Shown: one piece after another, positions 10,587 through 23,400 of the stretch
Layout: the number at the start of each line of letters is the position of its first letter
How positions within the stretch are numbered: position 1 is the first letter of the stretch
Source of the DNA: Histomonas meleagridis 2922-C6/04-290x
Lineage: Eukaryota; Protista; Parabasalia
Direction of reading: 5' to 3'
Assembly (NCBI GenBank): GCA_020184695.1
Contig: JAANOX010000035.1
Coordinates: forward strand, 186,001 to 250,000
Length of the DNA: 64,000 nt
Made by a program: the position numbers and the translations under genes
Notes under the pieces: model-generated
What the model was told of the DNA's origin: nothing
Databases searched by the model: none
What the model saw: only the letters and a program-made list of their open reading frames with translations

Positions 10587-11702
10587 TTATTCACATTTTG
10601 GTAAATAGACATTACCAGCAAACAATATTGCATTTGTTGTATTGTTCATGATCACGAAAAAGAAGGGGTGGTTTACCCAAATTATTGCTGGTTCGTTCCT
10701 GAACCTAGAGCCGCCTTCCCTATAGTATATTGCTGATACAGCAGCTGCGACTGTTGATGTCTCAGAAACATCGATGTTTGACTTCTGATAAAATCCTGTA
10801 ACATAATACTTGAATTCTTCATTAGGGCACTCTGCAATCTCTGAGAAAATTAATTTCATTCCAAGTGAGTTCATAACAGGAATAAGGTTTATATCGGATG
10901 AGAATTGGAACTTTGGCATTATTAATCTGACTTTGATGTTTGACATCGAATTAATTCCATTCATAAATTCTTCTTCAGTGATTTCTTGTGGTGTTATTTT
11001 ATATGGAAGACAAATAACCATCGAATAGTCGTCTTGGTAAGGAATACGAACCATTTGGAAAGAAGGAAGAAAGGCTACTGGTAAGTTTATAGAGTCGATA
11101 ACCATGTACCTCATTGGGATTGAATCATCATTAGTAAATTGCCATATGTCATTTGGGCTTTGAGCTTTCATATCAAATTTTGTCTTCCATTTAGAGTTAA
11201 AGTATATTGCATTGATTAAAACCATACTTGTAGAAATACTTAAGTTATCAACGACTTCAGGAATTACACCTTTTGTGGCTCTTTTGGCGGCTGAGTTGAT
11301 CATATTCGTTGCTGGTTGTGGAAAAATTTCTTGTTCAATTTTAATACCGATATCATCAAGACACTTAAATAAAGAGTTTGGGATATTTAAAAGTTTGTTG
11401 ACCCAAATTTGATTATATGTATTAACACAACTTATACTTTCTTGATCAATCATTATTCGAAGTTCTGAAGCAATTTCCTCATCTGAAACGTCATTGTCAA
11501 GTTTAAGCACTTTAATAATTTCAGATTTGGATTGCCCCTTGAATAATGATGGTATCATTAACAAAATCATATAAACACTGATTGGAGAAACAATATTATT
11601 CTTTTCAGGTTCTGCCAACAACTTAAACATGTCAAACGCTAGCTTGTTTGAATTTCTTGTGTTCTTGGATGGCTCTGAAGGAAATGATAAGAATCCTCCC
11701 AT
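10587..11702 (-). CDS. Serpin (serine protease inhibitor family)
   Basis: NNIVSPISVY, MVLINAIYFNSKWKTKF, MPKF, hinge ETSTVAAAVS and signature WVNHPFFFVI. Inr-like TCACTT upstream. Confidence 0.93.
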   Translation of the reverse strand: MGGFLSFPSEPSKNTRNSNKLAFDMFKLLAEPEKNNIVSPISVYMILLMIPSLFKGQSKSEIIKVLKLDNDVSDEEIASELRIMIDQESISCVNTYNQIWVNKLLNIPNSLFKCLDDIGIKIEQEIFPQPATNMINSAAKRATKGVIPEVVDNLSISTSMVLINAIYFNSKWKTKFDMKAQSPNDIWQFTNDDSIPMRYMVIDSINLPVAFLPSFQMVRIPYQDDYSMVICLPYKITPQEITEEEFMNGINSMSNIKVRLIMPKFQFSSDINLIPVMNSLGMKLIFSEIAECPNEEFKYYVTGFYQKSNIDVSETSTVAAAVSAIYYREGGSRFRNEPAIIWVNHPFFFVIMNNTTNAILFAGNVYLPKCE

Positions 11703-12157
11703 TTCCTAAACAATTGATTTGAGTGTGAAGTGATATGGCAAAAGAATTTAAGAACGTTACACTTTTCAATTAAAAGTGACACACACACAAATATCTTTTT
11801 CGTTTTTCGAAATAAGTAAAATCGAATTCATTCAGAAATTGGTCAATCATATAACAAACATGACTTAGAGATTATTTAGTTAATAATTTATATAAGTTCT
11901 AATGAACTCATAGTAAATTTAATCAAATCCAGACATGGCAAATTTAATGAAATTTATACAGGGCGTTTCCTCTTTAGCATGGACTCTTCATAAATAAAAA
12001 AAAAAAAAAAAAAAATCAGAATATAAAAATTTTCTATTATTCTTTAGTAAAATATCTTCTTTTATAAGCAGTGGTATTCCCATTCTTCGTGTATAAATTG
12101 TTTTTTTGTTTTTCCTCACACGAAAATTGAATGGGTTATTTGCCACTTTTCCAGTAA

Positions 12158-15010
12158 ATGCTTTCTGCCGCTGATTTTGAAATTGCTCTCCAAGAACTTG
12201 TTCAACAAAATTTATCTCCAAATGACATATACTTAGTTTTAAAGGCTTTAGAATTTGATTTAGATAATCTAACATATTCTGATCTAGATATGGAATTTGT
12301 TTCTTCATGCTTACACAAATTATTTCGGCATCATGCTATATATATCAAATCTTCTGTTCTTCGTTTTTGTTGTACACTTGAAACAATGGCTCCAACGTCA
12401 ATAACGGAGAAATATCATTTTGATTATTTAATAGCAGAATCGCTCAATAAGAAACCTCCGGTTCCAGCGCCTCGTATAGATGAGGAGAAAGTATGTTGTT
12501 TCCAATATATATTAGTTTTACTTCGTTATCGTAAACATATTCCAATTCCTGTTCAACGTGCCATGATTTCTCTTTACTCAATACCGAACAACACCTACAA
12601 GTCTCTTATTATTGGATATTTATGTGAAGCCACCACAGTTTGCGATAGCATTTTACAAATCGAACAAATTAGTCATATCATAGTTGATCATATCTGCGAA
12701 ACTGGTAGCCAAGAAGTTGCTTCACTTATTTCTTTTTCGATTGAGAAACGTAATCATCTAATTACTGATGACTCATCTTTATCACCATTACTTTCCATCT
12801 TTTCTCAGCCCCCCGACACCAAGGACACTCAATATTCTGGATCTATGACAGCTTTAACATATTTATTACGTACATGGCCAGGCTTTTTTTATTTTGGAAT
12901 TAATCATCATGCGATCGCCGACTTAATTTTATGTTTACCACATGATCCGGACAATGTAATTGATATTTTACGCAATTTATTAAAGCTTAGTGGCGGCCCA
13001 TCATGTGTTACTGATCCATATTGTGGGTTATTATTATCCATATTACTTCGGCATGATCTCATTGAGAAACTTAGTGTTATTGCTGCGACTAATTCATCTG
13101 CTTCATCATTACTTAATGAGTTATTACCATTCACCAGTAAAATAAACATTGTACCCAAAGAAACAGATGAAATCATTGAAAGCAAGCCAACGAATTTATT
13201 ATTATTAGACTTAGCACAAGCTATGCAACCCGAACATCAAATCACAACAATAAATGGTTATACATTACATCAAGACCCACAAAAATGGGACTGGACGACG
13301 ATATTATTATTATTAGTTATAGTTTTACCACATAATGATCAAGAAGCGCAATCCGCTACAGCGAAGAATTTATATTTACGTTTGTTACAATTTTTCGGCG
13401 GACAATTTCTCTCCACAACACATGGTAAGTGTTCGATAATGGACGAGCCATTAATTGCGTTAGTCCAATTATTAATATCGAAAAATTGGGGAATACAAAT
13501 CATCGAAACTAATGCCGAAATCAAACAAGGCATGTTACAAACGTTAGAAATGATACGTGATAATGTATCACTTGATAAGCCATCACCACATTTAACATTG
13601 TTTAAATGCATAGCTTCATTGATGGCTGAATCGAATGGAATTAGTATATTAAATCGTTGGGGATTTCATGAAATAATTACAAGCATGGGAAGGAAATGTA
13701 ATTCAGCTAAGAATTGTCAAATGGTTTTGGAACTTGTTAACTTATATCCTGAAACAAGTTTAGTCACGCCAATGTATCTGAACTTTTTAGCATCGGAGAA
13801 TAATGAAGTGCACTTAGTAGCGATTGAAGAACTACGAAAGAAAAGATTAATAACTCCGAACTTTCAAATTAATGGATTTTGTGGGATATTAATTCCACAT
13901 ATTAAAGAATTGGCCGCAAATCATATTAATGATCGATTACAAATAGCAATGAATTTTTTTGGTGAAATTGTTTCATCTGATGAACATTCGTTGTTAACAA
14001 TATCAAACGATAAGCAACTTCATGAAGTACTTTGTAATAACTCAAGATTTATCTACTCGTTGTTGTTATCTAAAGAAGAAGCGTTACAATGTTGTCCCTC
14101 AATAGATAATGAAATCAAATGGTGGATGGACACTGGCAATTTAATGTATTTACAAGTGTACGATAAGGCGGTTAAGTACACTTTTTCTGGCGATTTGTCG
14201 GTTACGAATACAAAACAATCGGCTATATTCAATTTCGGAGGTTACACAAAAGTGCCGCCGCATCTGTTTCAACAACTTTCTCATGTTGAAGTTGGAAGAC
14301 AAAAGCTTGAAAAAACTATACCTACACTATTAAAGAAAATTACTTCTGAACATATCAGAGAACGACGTGCAGCTTTCTTCGCTTTAGCTCATTTTGCTTC
14401 TGTACCAGAAAATTTGCCAGTTGTAGAAAGTAATGACATAGCAGGGAAACTAATCAAATCTGCTTTGTCAAGGTCATCGTTTGTACTTGAAGGTACTCTT
14501 ATAGCTTCATTATCATTATTTGCACAATCTCCATATTTATCAAATGTATTACAAAAGTATAACTGGGAACTGTTCAGATTTGGGCCTCACCAATGCGTAA
14601 TTCCATCCGACCCATTAAACTTCCATAAGCGAAGTTTGCCAAAAATGATGGCATTACCGACCATACCTCCAATCAGCGGCTACGACGAAATTGCGTCATG
14701 GTTAAGAAATCTCTCGAACTCATTACTTGTTAAGCGTACAAGTGGAGAGTTAATTAAAGCGTACAAAGCGAAACGAAGCGAAATATTCGAAAGTGAACTC
14801 GCGTTGTATGCGCATACACTCATTGGGAAGTTGGACTATGTGAATGAGGCGCGAGAAGTTATTTATTACGTGTTCAGAGACACATCGATTATGTCGCTGG
14901 TGCCGAAGCAATTCGATGACGCAGAAATAAATGCGATTAAGATGAAAATCGGGTACATAGTGAATAAGAAAATTGTAAAGGTGCCGTTCTCAGAGGTGAA
15001 AATAGACTAA
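12158..15010 (+). CDS. RICTOR: Rictor/Avo3-like TORC2 subunit (ARM/HEAT repeat)
   Basis: 950 aa helical protein. KWDWTTI and the RRAAFFALAHFAS...IAGKLIKSA...LEGTLIASLSLF block resemble the Rictor N and V domains. Recognition by eye. Confidence 0.55.
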   Translation: MLSAADFEIALQELVQQNLSPNDIYLVLKALEFDLDNLTYSDLDMEFVSSCLHKLFRHHAIYIKSSVLRFCCTLETMAPTSITEKYHFDYLIAESLNKKPPVPAPRIDEEKVCCFQYILVLLRYRKHIPIPVQRAMISLYSIPNNTYKSLIIGYLCEATTVCDSILQIEQISHIIVDHICETGSQEVASLISFSIEKRNHLITDDSSLSPLLSIFSQPPDTKDTQYSGSMTALTYLLRTWPGFFYFGINHHAIADLILCLPHDPDNVIDILRNLLKLSGGPSCVTDPYCGLLLSILLRHDLIEKLSVIAATNSSASSLLNELLPFTSKINIVPKETDEIIESKPTNLLLLDLAQAMQPEHQITTINGYTLHQDPQKWDWTTILLLLVIVLPHNDQEAQSATAKNLYLRLLQFFGGQFLSTTHGKCSIMDEPLIALVQLLISKNWGIQIIETNAEIKQGMLQTLEMIRDNVSLDKPSPHLTLFKCIASLMAESNGISILNRWGFHEIITSMGRKCNSAKNCQMVLELVNLYPETSLVTPMYLNFLASENNEVHLVAIEELRKKRLITPNFQINGFCGILIPHIKELAANHINDRLQIAMNFFGEIVSSDEHSLLTISNDKQLHEVLCNNSRFIYSLLLSKEEALQCCPSIDNEIKWWMDTGNLMYLQVYDKAVKYTFSGDLSVTNTKQSAIFNFGGYTKVPPHLFQQLSHVEVGRQKLEKTIPTLLKKITSEHIRERRAAFFALAHFASVPENLPVVESNDIAGKLIKSALSRSSFVLEGTLIASLSLFAQSPYLSNVLQKYNWELFRFGPHQCVIPSDPLNFHKRSLPKMMALPTIPPISGYDEIASWLRNLSNSLLVKRTSGELIKAYKAKRSEIFESELALYAHTLIGKLDYVNEAREVIYYVFRDTSIMSLVPKQFDDAEINAIKMKIGYIVNKKIVKVPFSEVKID

Positions 15011-15094
15011 AGAATATGTATTTGTCTAAAAAGAATTTGGAATACGTTTTGCTTTTAAATATACAATTTCACAACAGCAAATTTTTCGCAATCC

Positions 15095-15420
15095 TATAAT
15101 GGAAATTATTGAGTCAATCCAACAAATCATTTTTGGTTTAAATAAAGAAAATATTTCACATTCAGTTTGAGCACAGTAATTATATCAATATCTGATTATA
15201 GTTACTCATATTCTTTTAATATAGTAATAAGTCATTTTGTCGTTACATGTATTTTTATGCAAATGAATGATTTTAATATTTAAAACTTATGAATGAATTT
15301 GAAAAATTTCATGAAACTAATAAAATCAAATCTTAAATTCTTGATGTAATTACTAATTTTCTTTTTTCAAAACTTAATGTTGAAGAAACAAATTATATAT
15401 AAATATATAGTATACTATTG
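15095..15420 (+). pseudogene. Decayed 5' relic of the DUF3447-ankyrin gene family
   Basis: Broken-frame peptides (KLIESIQQIIFGLNKENI; YSYSFNIVISHFV; FEKFHETNKIKS*ILDV) resemble the N-termini at 27141 and 32916 (KLTAIQNVIFNLDEGNV; YSTNLIV; YEENNKIESRIFDV). Confidence 0.4.
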
Positions 15421-15544
15421 AAAATATGTGAATAATCTTAATGGTTAGTTCTGTTATCTTGCCGATATAGCTAAGGCTAATTTGAAGTATGAGAATAATT
15501 AATCAATATATATTTAACAGACGTCATGAAGTTGTTGAAACTGA

Positions 15545-16145
15545 ATTTATTATTTCATATCTTTCATTAGAAATTCCTGCTGGATAACAAATAATGGATG
15601 TATAATTTTTATCAAAAAGAATTCCATTATATCCAGAGTAATAACTATTTTCATTGGATATTTTGAAGTTTCACACAGTCTATAAAAGCAGTTGACTGGA
15701 TTGATGTAACTAATTTTGGAATTGTAATTGTTGCTAAAGATGAACAAGAATCAAATGAATAATCTCCAATGGACGTAATTAAGTTTGAAAGCGTAATTTC
15801 TTTCAATGAAGAACAAGAATTAAAAGCATAATCTCCTATTGATGTAAATGAGTTCGGAATCGTAATTTCTGTCAATGATGAACAAGAATCAAATATATAA
15901 TTTCCGATTGATTTAAATTTTTACCAAAATTAAATGTATTCAAACTTGTACACATTAAAAATTCACCTTCTCCAATCGTAGTAACTGAATCAGAAATAGT
16001 GAAAACTGATAATGAGTTACAACTTTGAAATGCTAGATTTCCAATCGTTTCTACACTTTCTCCAAAAGTAACTGTTGTCAATTTTGCGCATGATCGAATG
16101 CCTGGTTTTCAATCGTTTTTACCTTATCACCAATTGTAACCGTTT
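15545..16145 (-). pseudogene. BspA-like LRR pseudogene fragment
   Basis: TpLRR repeats split among ORFs 15872-16081, 15651-15875 and 15550-15747 by frameshifts and stops. Ends near the family motif GILFDKNYTSIICYPAG. No stalk or TM. Confidence 0.8.
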
Positions 16146-16334
16146 GTTATAAAAAAGAGAATGAATAAACATGGAATAATTTTATATTTAAATATTTCTT
16201 TTGTGTGTATGTTTCGAAGATACAGAGGGCAATAACCATAATACTTAACTTGGATTTTTCTGGTATGAATATTTTGAATCATCACATAGAAAATATTGTG
16301 AGATAAACGTTTTTAAAGTGCACAACCAAATCCA

Positions 16335-17342
16335 ATGACTAGCTTCATTTGTTGTTCCAAGAACTCTGTTTTTTACTCACCAAACCAAACCAAACTCATT
16401 GAAATTGATTTCTCAGGTCAAAAGATATCGGAAGTCGATTATGATTCTCCAATTTGTGCTATCGATGTAGATCCAATCAACCAATATTTAGCTGTTGGAA
16501 TAAAAAAAGAAGGTTCAAGTGGTAAAGAAAATTTATTTATCTATAAGTTAAATGATGATGGAACCAAGTCCGAACTATTTCCTTTTATATTGCCTCATGA
16601 GGCAATCCAATTAAAATTTGTAGAATACAAATCCAAATACTCACTTATTGCACTTAATACGGGAGATTTAGATTGTATTGACATTGAAAACAAAAAGTCG
16701 CAATGTTTACTTGGCTCAATAGCAACAGGAACTGCATTTGATCTTAGTGAAAAATTTATCATTAATGCAGACAGAGATGCACGTATCAGAATCTCGAATT
16801 ATCCTAATACATATGATATTCATGCATTTGCATTTTTACACGAAGAATTTGTTTCATCTGTTTTATTTTTGAACAACGAAATATTTCTATCATCTGACGG
16901 TGATGGTAATTTAGTTAAATGGGACATTAATGGACAAATAATTATTTCCAAACAAATATATCCAAGCAATACAATCATTCGTAAAATCGTTTTCTACAAC
17001 GGAAAAATTGGTATTATTGCAGAAGGTGATAATTCAATCACTATGCTCAATGAAGAAACTTTCGAAATCGAAGAAAAAATATCACTTAAATCACAGCCAA
17101 TATCATTAACAGTTCATGAAAATGCAATTTGGGGAATCACATTAACAGAAGTCTTTAAGTTTGAGAATGGCGAAGTCACAGAAATAACAAGTGAATTATT
17201 TGGTGAAGGATTGAAATTAGAAGATTTCACACTTGAAAACCAACGCGTTAAATCTAAAAAGATCTTAAAAAATAGTGACAAAGGAAGTGAAGAATATAAA
17301 AGATGGAGGAATCCCGAAAAACTTTCATTAAGTAGCAAATAA
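16335..17342 (+). CDS. WDR4: WD40 non-catalytic subunit of tRNA m7G46 methyltransferase (WDR4/Trm82-like)
   Basis: ADRDARIRISNYPNTYDIHAFAFLHEEFVSSV and SSDGDGNLVKW match the conserved WDR4/Trm82 core. Confidence 0.8.
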   Translation: MTSFICCSKNSVFYSPNQTKLIEIDFSGQKISEVDYDSPICAIDVDPINQYLAVGIKKEGSSGKENLFIYKLNDDGTKSELFPFILPHEAIQLKFVEYKSKYSLIALNTGDLDCIDIENKKSQCLLGSIATGTAFDLSEKFIINADRDARIRISNYPNTYDIHAFAFLHEEFVSSVLFLNNEIFLSSDGDGNLVKWDINGQIIISKQIYPSNTIIRKIVFYNGKIGIIAEGDNSITMLNEETFEIEEKISLKSQPISLTVHENAIWGITLTEVFKFENGEVTEITSELFGEGLKLEDFTLENQRVKSKKILKNSDKGSEEYKRWRNPEKLSLSSK

Positions 17343-17411
17343 TTAATAAACACAAAAAATACCATTTTTAGGACGATACATGTAAATGTGTCAAAATATT
17401 TAAGTTGTTCA

Positions 17412-20400
17412 ATGTCCCAGGAAGTTGATTTGGAATCATTAATAGCTGTTTTGATTGTTGCATTAGATGAGGGGAATGGATGGAGTCAATATCTTCAACA
17501 ATTTCAAAATATAATGAAAAATTACGTATCAAATTATCAAATTATCGACATTAATGATATCTTAATCAGCACAAGTTTTCCAGAAATAACAAGGAAAGTT
17601 CTTGCTCTTTCTGATTGCAAAACCGCAGAAAATATTGCAGTATCATACTTAAATGCAGCAATTACTTTAACACAACAAATAATGTGCAAAACAAATAGTT
17701 TAAGACCAATTTCTTTGTTGTGTGACATTTTTGATCCAGCACAAGTATTTTATATCTCTCATGGAAGAAATACAAATTCTGCTTATTCTAAACATATTAT
17801 TGATTTTGTTCAGACCTCAATCAAGAATCGCACTCCAATGTTTGTTCTTTCATTATTTCATCATATAAATCTTAGTATTGTCGAATTAAATGATTCCATA
17901 CTTTATTTACAAAGAGCTTGTTCTTTAGTTGGTTCATCAAATGTATTTCCTGATTATATTAATCTATCAAATGATATAATTTCAGCATTATCAAAATTTA
18001 CAATTAATTTAATTGATAATCCAAGGTCAATTCCAATCAAACAACTACTAAATATCATTCCAAATGTTATCTCAATTTGCAAAGAAAATGAAATGATTAA
18101 TTTCATAATTAATTTTTGTCAAAGATTTCTTGAAATTGATATTGTTGAAATCAAAGTTGCAGCAGTAAAAATATGTTCATTGATATATTCTAAAGCTTTG
18201 ACATCATCAAAACTTGAAGATATGACAATGAAAGAAGAATTATGTCGAATCATTGAAGTTTTACCAAATTATGAATCACTTGAAATAATAAAACCTGCGA
18301 TACTTAAATATGCAGAGCGTAATTTATGCGATAAAACAATTATTGGTTCATTATGGAAGTCAGTGAAGTCACAACACGCATCGTTCCAAACAAAAGCATT
18401 GAATCTGTTTTCAGAGATTGCTCTCAAAATAAACGATCCCCAAATTGTAATTGAAACCATATCAGATGATCCTAATTCTATTGAAATCTTAGGAAAATTA
18501 ATCAAAGGAAAACAATATGAACAAATGTCAGTACAAAAATTATTGAAATTAAGTGAAGAAGAAGGAAATTTCGAAGCACTTAAAATCTTAATAGAAGCAT
18601 CAAAGACTATTGATATATCATATATACTACCAGAGATAATATTAAATATTGGATGTGTACCATTATTAGAAATGCATATTTATTTAGTTGATTCTATTAT
18701 AAGTAAATCACCACAAACAATTCAAATCACATTAATTACAAATGAATTAATTAAAAATCCGGAAATTATAAATGAAAATAATTATCAAAATATTATTCAA
18801 TCAATATCGAACATATTATTTCATACAAAACAAATTGTGTCACGTGAAGCATTTAATTTATTTTATAATTTAGCAAAAAACACAAATAATTTAATATTTT
18901 TATTTAAAGTTTTCTTCCAAAAGTCAAAGCCAATATTAATAAGTAATGATTCTAATGATATTATAATTAATTTAATTCGAGTTTCATCTAAAAATTTAGA
19001 ACTTCTTGAAATATTAGAACATCTTTATTTAGTATTACCACAAACAGAAACATTACTTCGAGATGAAATTATGGATTCATTTTGGAACATTTTATTAGAT
19101 CCAATATCAGAAGAAATACGTAAAACAATATCAAACTTTTTATTATCAAATATTGATCCAATATTAATGCCATCAATATTATGTGACTTTATAAGTAAAT
19201 GTTTAGATATATTAATGAATTCAGAGAATTCAAATGCAGCGATTTTCATTAAAGAATGTTTAAATTTATCATTTAAATATATTTCACTTTCTGCATTTCA
19301 TTTAGAATCTCATAGATATCAAATACCCGAAAATATTATTACAATTAAATATCAAATTAATAATCAAATCAAAATATTAAAAGTTAATAAAGAACAAAAA
19401 GTTTATGAAATATTTCCACTAATTGCATCGATGAATGAAATTGATGTTAATTCAATGGTTTTATATTATGGAAATAAAGTTATACAAAATAATACAATTG
19501 TTAATGAGTTTTCATCAGATGATAAAATTATTGATATAAGAATTAAAAATATTTATGAACAATCACCTTATTTTACTTTAGAAAATCATCCGATTTCAAT
19601 CATAATGAAGACAAATTATTTCAAACGACTTTTAAAATTATTAGAATCAAATATTGCTGAATATATTTATAATATATTAATTGAAATTCCAACACCAGAT
19701 TTTTATAACTTATTAACACCAAATGATTTAAATCTTTCATTTAATTATTTGTTTTTATATCAATTACATTTCTTATCGAAACATTTTAATGAAATGGATG
19801 GTTCGATTAAATTACAATTTGAAGAAAAATTAGAACAATTTTTGATTGAATCTTTCGATTTAATATTACCTGAAGCTCAATATTTATTAATATTATTATT
19901 AGATAATACTAAAATTAAGAATGAGAAAATTGTTACAAATGTATTATATAATTTATATCATCAAAAAGATAGTAAATATCTAATAAATATTATTAAAAAG
20001 ATTTGGAATTATGTATCAAATTATGAAATAGATTTAACAAAAGAAGTTTTAGAAACATTTTTGAAAATGAACAATTCCGAAATTAATGAATTAGCATTAA
20101 ATTCGAATTTAATTAAATCACAAAGTTTCGAAAAGATTTGGTTAATATTTAATGAACAAAATGATCCATTATCATTTTTACAAATCTTTAATTATATTAA
20201 AATACCTGAAAAATATTATCCATCATTAATACAAAAACTTTTACCATATTTTGATACACTTAATAATCAAATATTATCATTATTTTCATTAATATCTAAG
20301 AATTATAATGAGTTTCCATCAGAAGAAATATCACAAACATTAATTGAATATTATATTAAATGTAATAAACATCCACCAACTATAGATGAACATCCATTTC

Positions 20401-23400
20401 AATTAATATTATCAATTATTCAAAACAATGATCAAATACGAGAAAATATATTAAATGAAATAACTATAACAATGCCTACAAATTCAGTATATAATTATAC
20501 ACCAACAGATTCATTTAAGACTATTAGTTGTGGTTTAAGTAACTTAGGTGCTACATGTTATGTTAATTCAGTAATTCAACAAATATATCATATTAATCCA
20601 TTAAAAGAATTAATCATTTCAACTGAATTCGATGATCCTTCAATGATAGCATTACATGACTTATTTATTGAAATGGAATATACTGATAGAAATTATATTG
20701 ATATGAACAAATTTACATCGAATTGGAGAGATTGGGATGGAGTACCTATTCAACCACGTGAGCAACAAGATGCAAATGAATTTCTATTACTTTTATTATC
20801 ACGTTTAGAACCATATCCAGAAATTCATTCATTATTCTCAGGGTTATCACAAATTACATTATCGAATGAAGAAAATAATTTTGTACAAAGTCATAACTCT
20901 GATTTTAATTCATTATCATTAGTAGTAATGAATCAAAAATGTATTAAAGATTCATTATTATTATTAGAAACGCCTGAAGTCATTGAAAATTATCGCATCG
21001 ATGATAATTTAGAACCTATTAATGTAAATAGTCGAAATACTTTATTAAGTTTACCACCTTATTTGTTTATACAATTAAAACGTTTCGAATATTCAATTGA
21101 ACTTGGCCGAAAGAATAAAATTGATCAAGAATATCATTTTGAATATGAAATTGACTTCAAAGAATTCATAACAAATGATAATAATGATCAAGAGACTAAA
21201 TATAAATTAAAGGGTATAGTTGTTCATCAAGGTGAAGCTGATGTTGGACATTATTTCTCTTATGTATATGAAAATGATCAATGGATTTGTTTAAATGATA
21301 GAGGTGTTAATGTTGTTACTAAATCTATAATGGAAAGTGAATCGTTTGGTATTCAAGCTGGTTCATCTGCATATTTATTAATATATGAACGAATTGATGC
21401 AATTAATATAAATATACAACGTAATTTATCAAATAATAGTTTAGAATTAATCGAAAAAATTAAAGAAGATAATCATCATTTAGTTATAGATAGTATATAT
21501 TTCTCTGAACCATTTATCGATTTCATGATCAAACTTTTAGATATTAAAGATGGAGTTAATGTATCATTAAATTATTATTTAAAGACATTAACACATTCAA
21601 GTAATATTACTAAGTTTAAAGAAATGTCCGAAAATATAAAAATTAAAATAAAAGAAGAAGAAATTTTGAATCAATTTATTGCTCTTATAATAGAAACACA
21701 AAATATTTTATTAGATATAATGTCATATTGTAACAACAAATTTATACATAAAGAATTTTCGAAAGTAATGAAAGAAATATTTAAACAAATACCAACAGAA
21801 AATGAAATCATTTTATTAATGATAACTTCATTTTATGATTGGATCCCAATAATATTAACAAATTGGAGAAATTCATTTGATATATTCCAATTATTTGCTA
21901 ATTTCGCTTCAATTGATGAAGAACATGTTCAATATTTACAAGAATATGAAATAACAACAACTATTATCTCATTCATGAATGAAGCAATTCCACAATTTGT
22001 CCAAAACAAAGATAATAATATCACGTTCGAAAGATTTGCACGATTAATAGATATGACTGGATTAATACATTACTTTAAAGCGATTAAAATCCATTATTTA
22101 CAAATCACTCATCCAAGTCTATTAAAATGGTTTATATCATCCGAAAAACATGCGAAATCTTTAGTGAAAATGTTAAAACTTGTTAACCCTTATAATTCAT
22201 TTTCATTATTCGATAAAATTATCGAAAACTCTAAAGCAAATCCATCGGAATATTTCATCATAGAATTGATTAAACAAACTGATTTCGTTTATCCGAATGC
22301 TTGGACTACAAAATATTTTAATGACACTGCTAAACAAAGAGCTCTAATTCATGCTGTTACAGAATTGTTCAAACTTAACACTGATGAATTCAAAGCAATA
22401 TTTTATAAACAATCAAGTTTGTTCGTTTCATTAATATTTAGTAAACATAGAGAAATTCGTGAAGATATGATTCATGAATTACAATTAGTTATTAACAAAT
22501 TACAAATTTATGACTTATTATTCTCTTTAATTCCAAACGTTGCTCAATTTTCGAAAACTTTATTCTCATCGGCCGAATACCGACAGAATTTTATACCGTT
22601 AGAGTATTTCTATGGTTTACAGCTACTTCAGCTTCTCATTGAAATTGCGCCGACATGTGATATGAAACCGTACGCAGAAGTTATTGAAACAACATTACAT
22701 ACAATTAATGGTATTAATTCTAAACGTGATGAACATGCAATATCATTAGCACAAATTGGTTGTATTATAATGAAAGAAACAGTTATATCGACACAGTTTA
22801 TATCAGATATCCAAAAAACGATAACGAAAATGATACCTGATCATAAACAACTTGATTTTACATTACGAAATTATTTCATCGGATGTATAAATCAAGTTAA
22901 TCATTCCAATTATTCTGTTGATACCTTTTTACCAAATGATTCATTAACACAATTCATATTTAAAGTTGCGTTAACGAATGAAGAAAAGAACTTAAAGACA
23001 TCGAAGCAATCATCGATTGAAATGTTCAAATCATTTTCTAATCGCTATGCATTTTCATCGAAAGTCTGCAAACTAATTTCGACTGAACTTAATAAGTTAC
23101 AAAACGTTGATATTAATTCCATATCGATTATATTAAATAGTTATAAATTGGATGTTTTAGCATCAAATGCATCGCAATTCGAATCTAATCCGAAAGTTTT
23201 AGATATTATAATGAGAACTCAATGTGTTAACTTAATTTTATCGATAATTGAACTTGATAAAGATAACATACGAAAATATTTCTATAACAAACCAATGAAT
23301 TTGAAGATTTTAATTAATTTATTAAAGAACAAAAATAACAAAATGACAAATGAAATGAAAACTAAAATTGTTGTTACATTTCAATCATATATTAAGTTAA

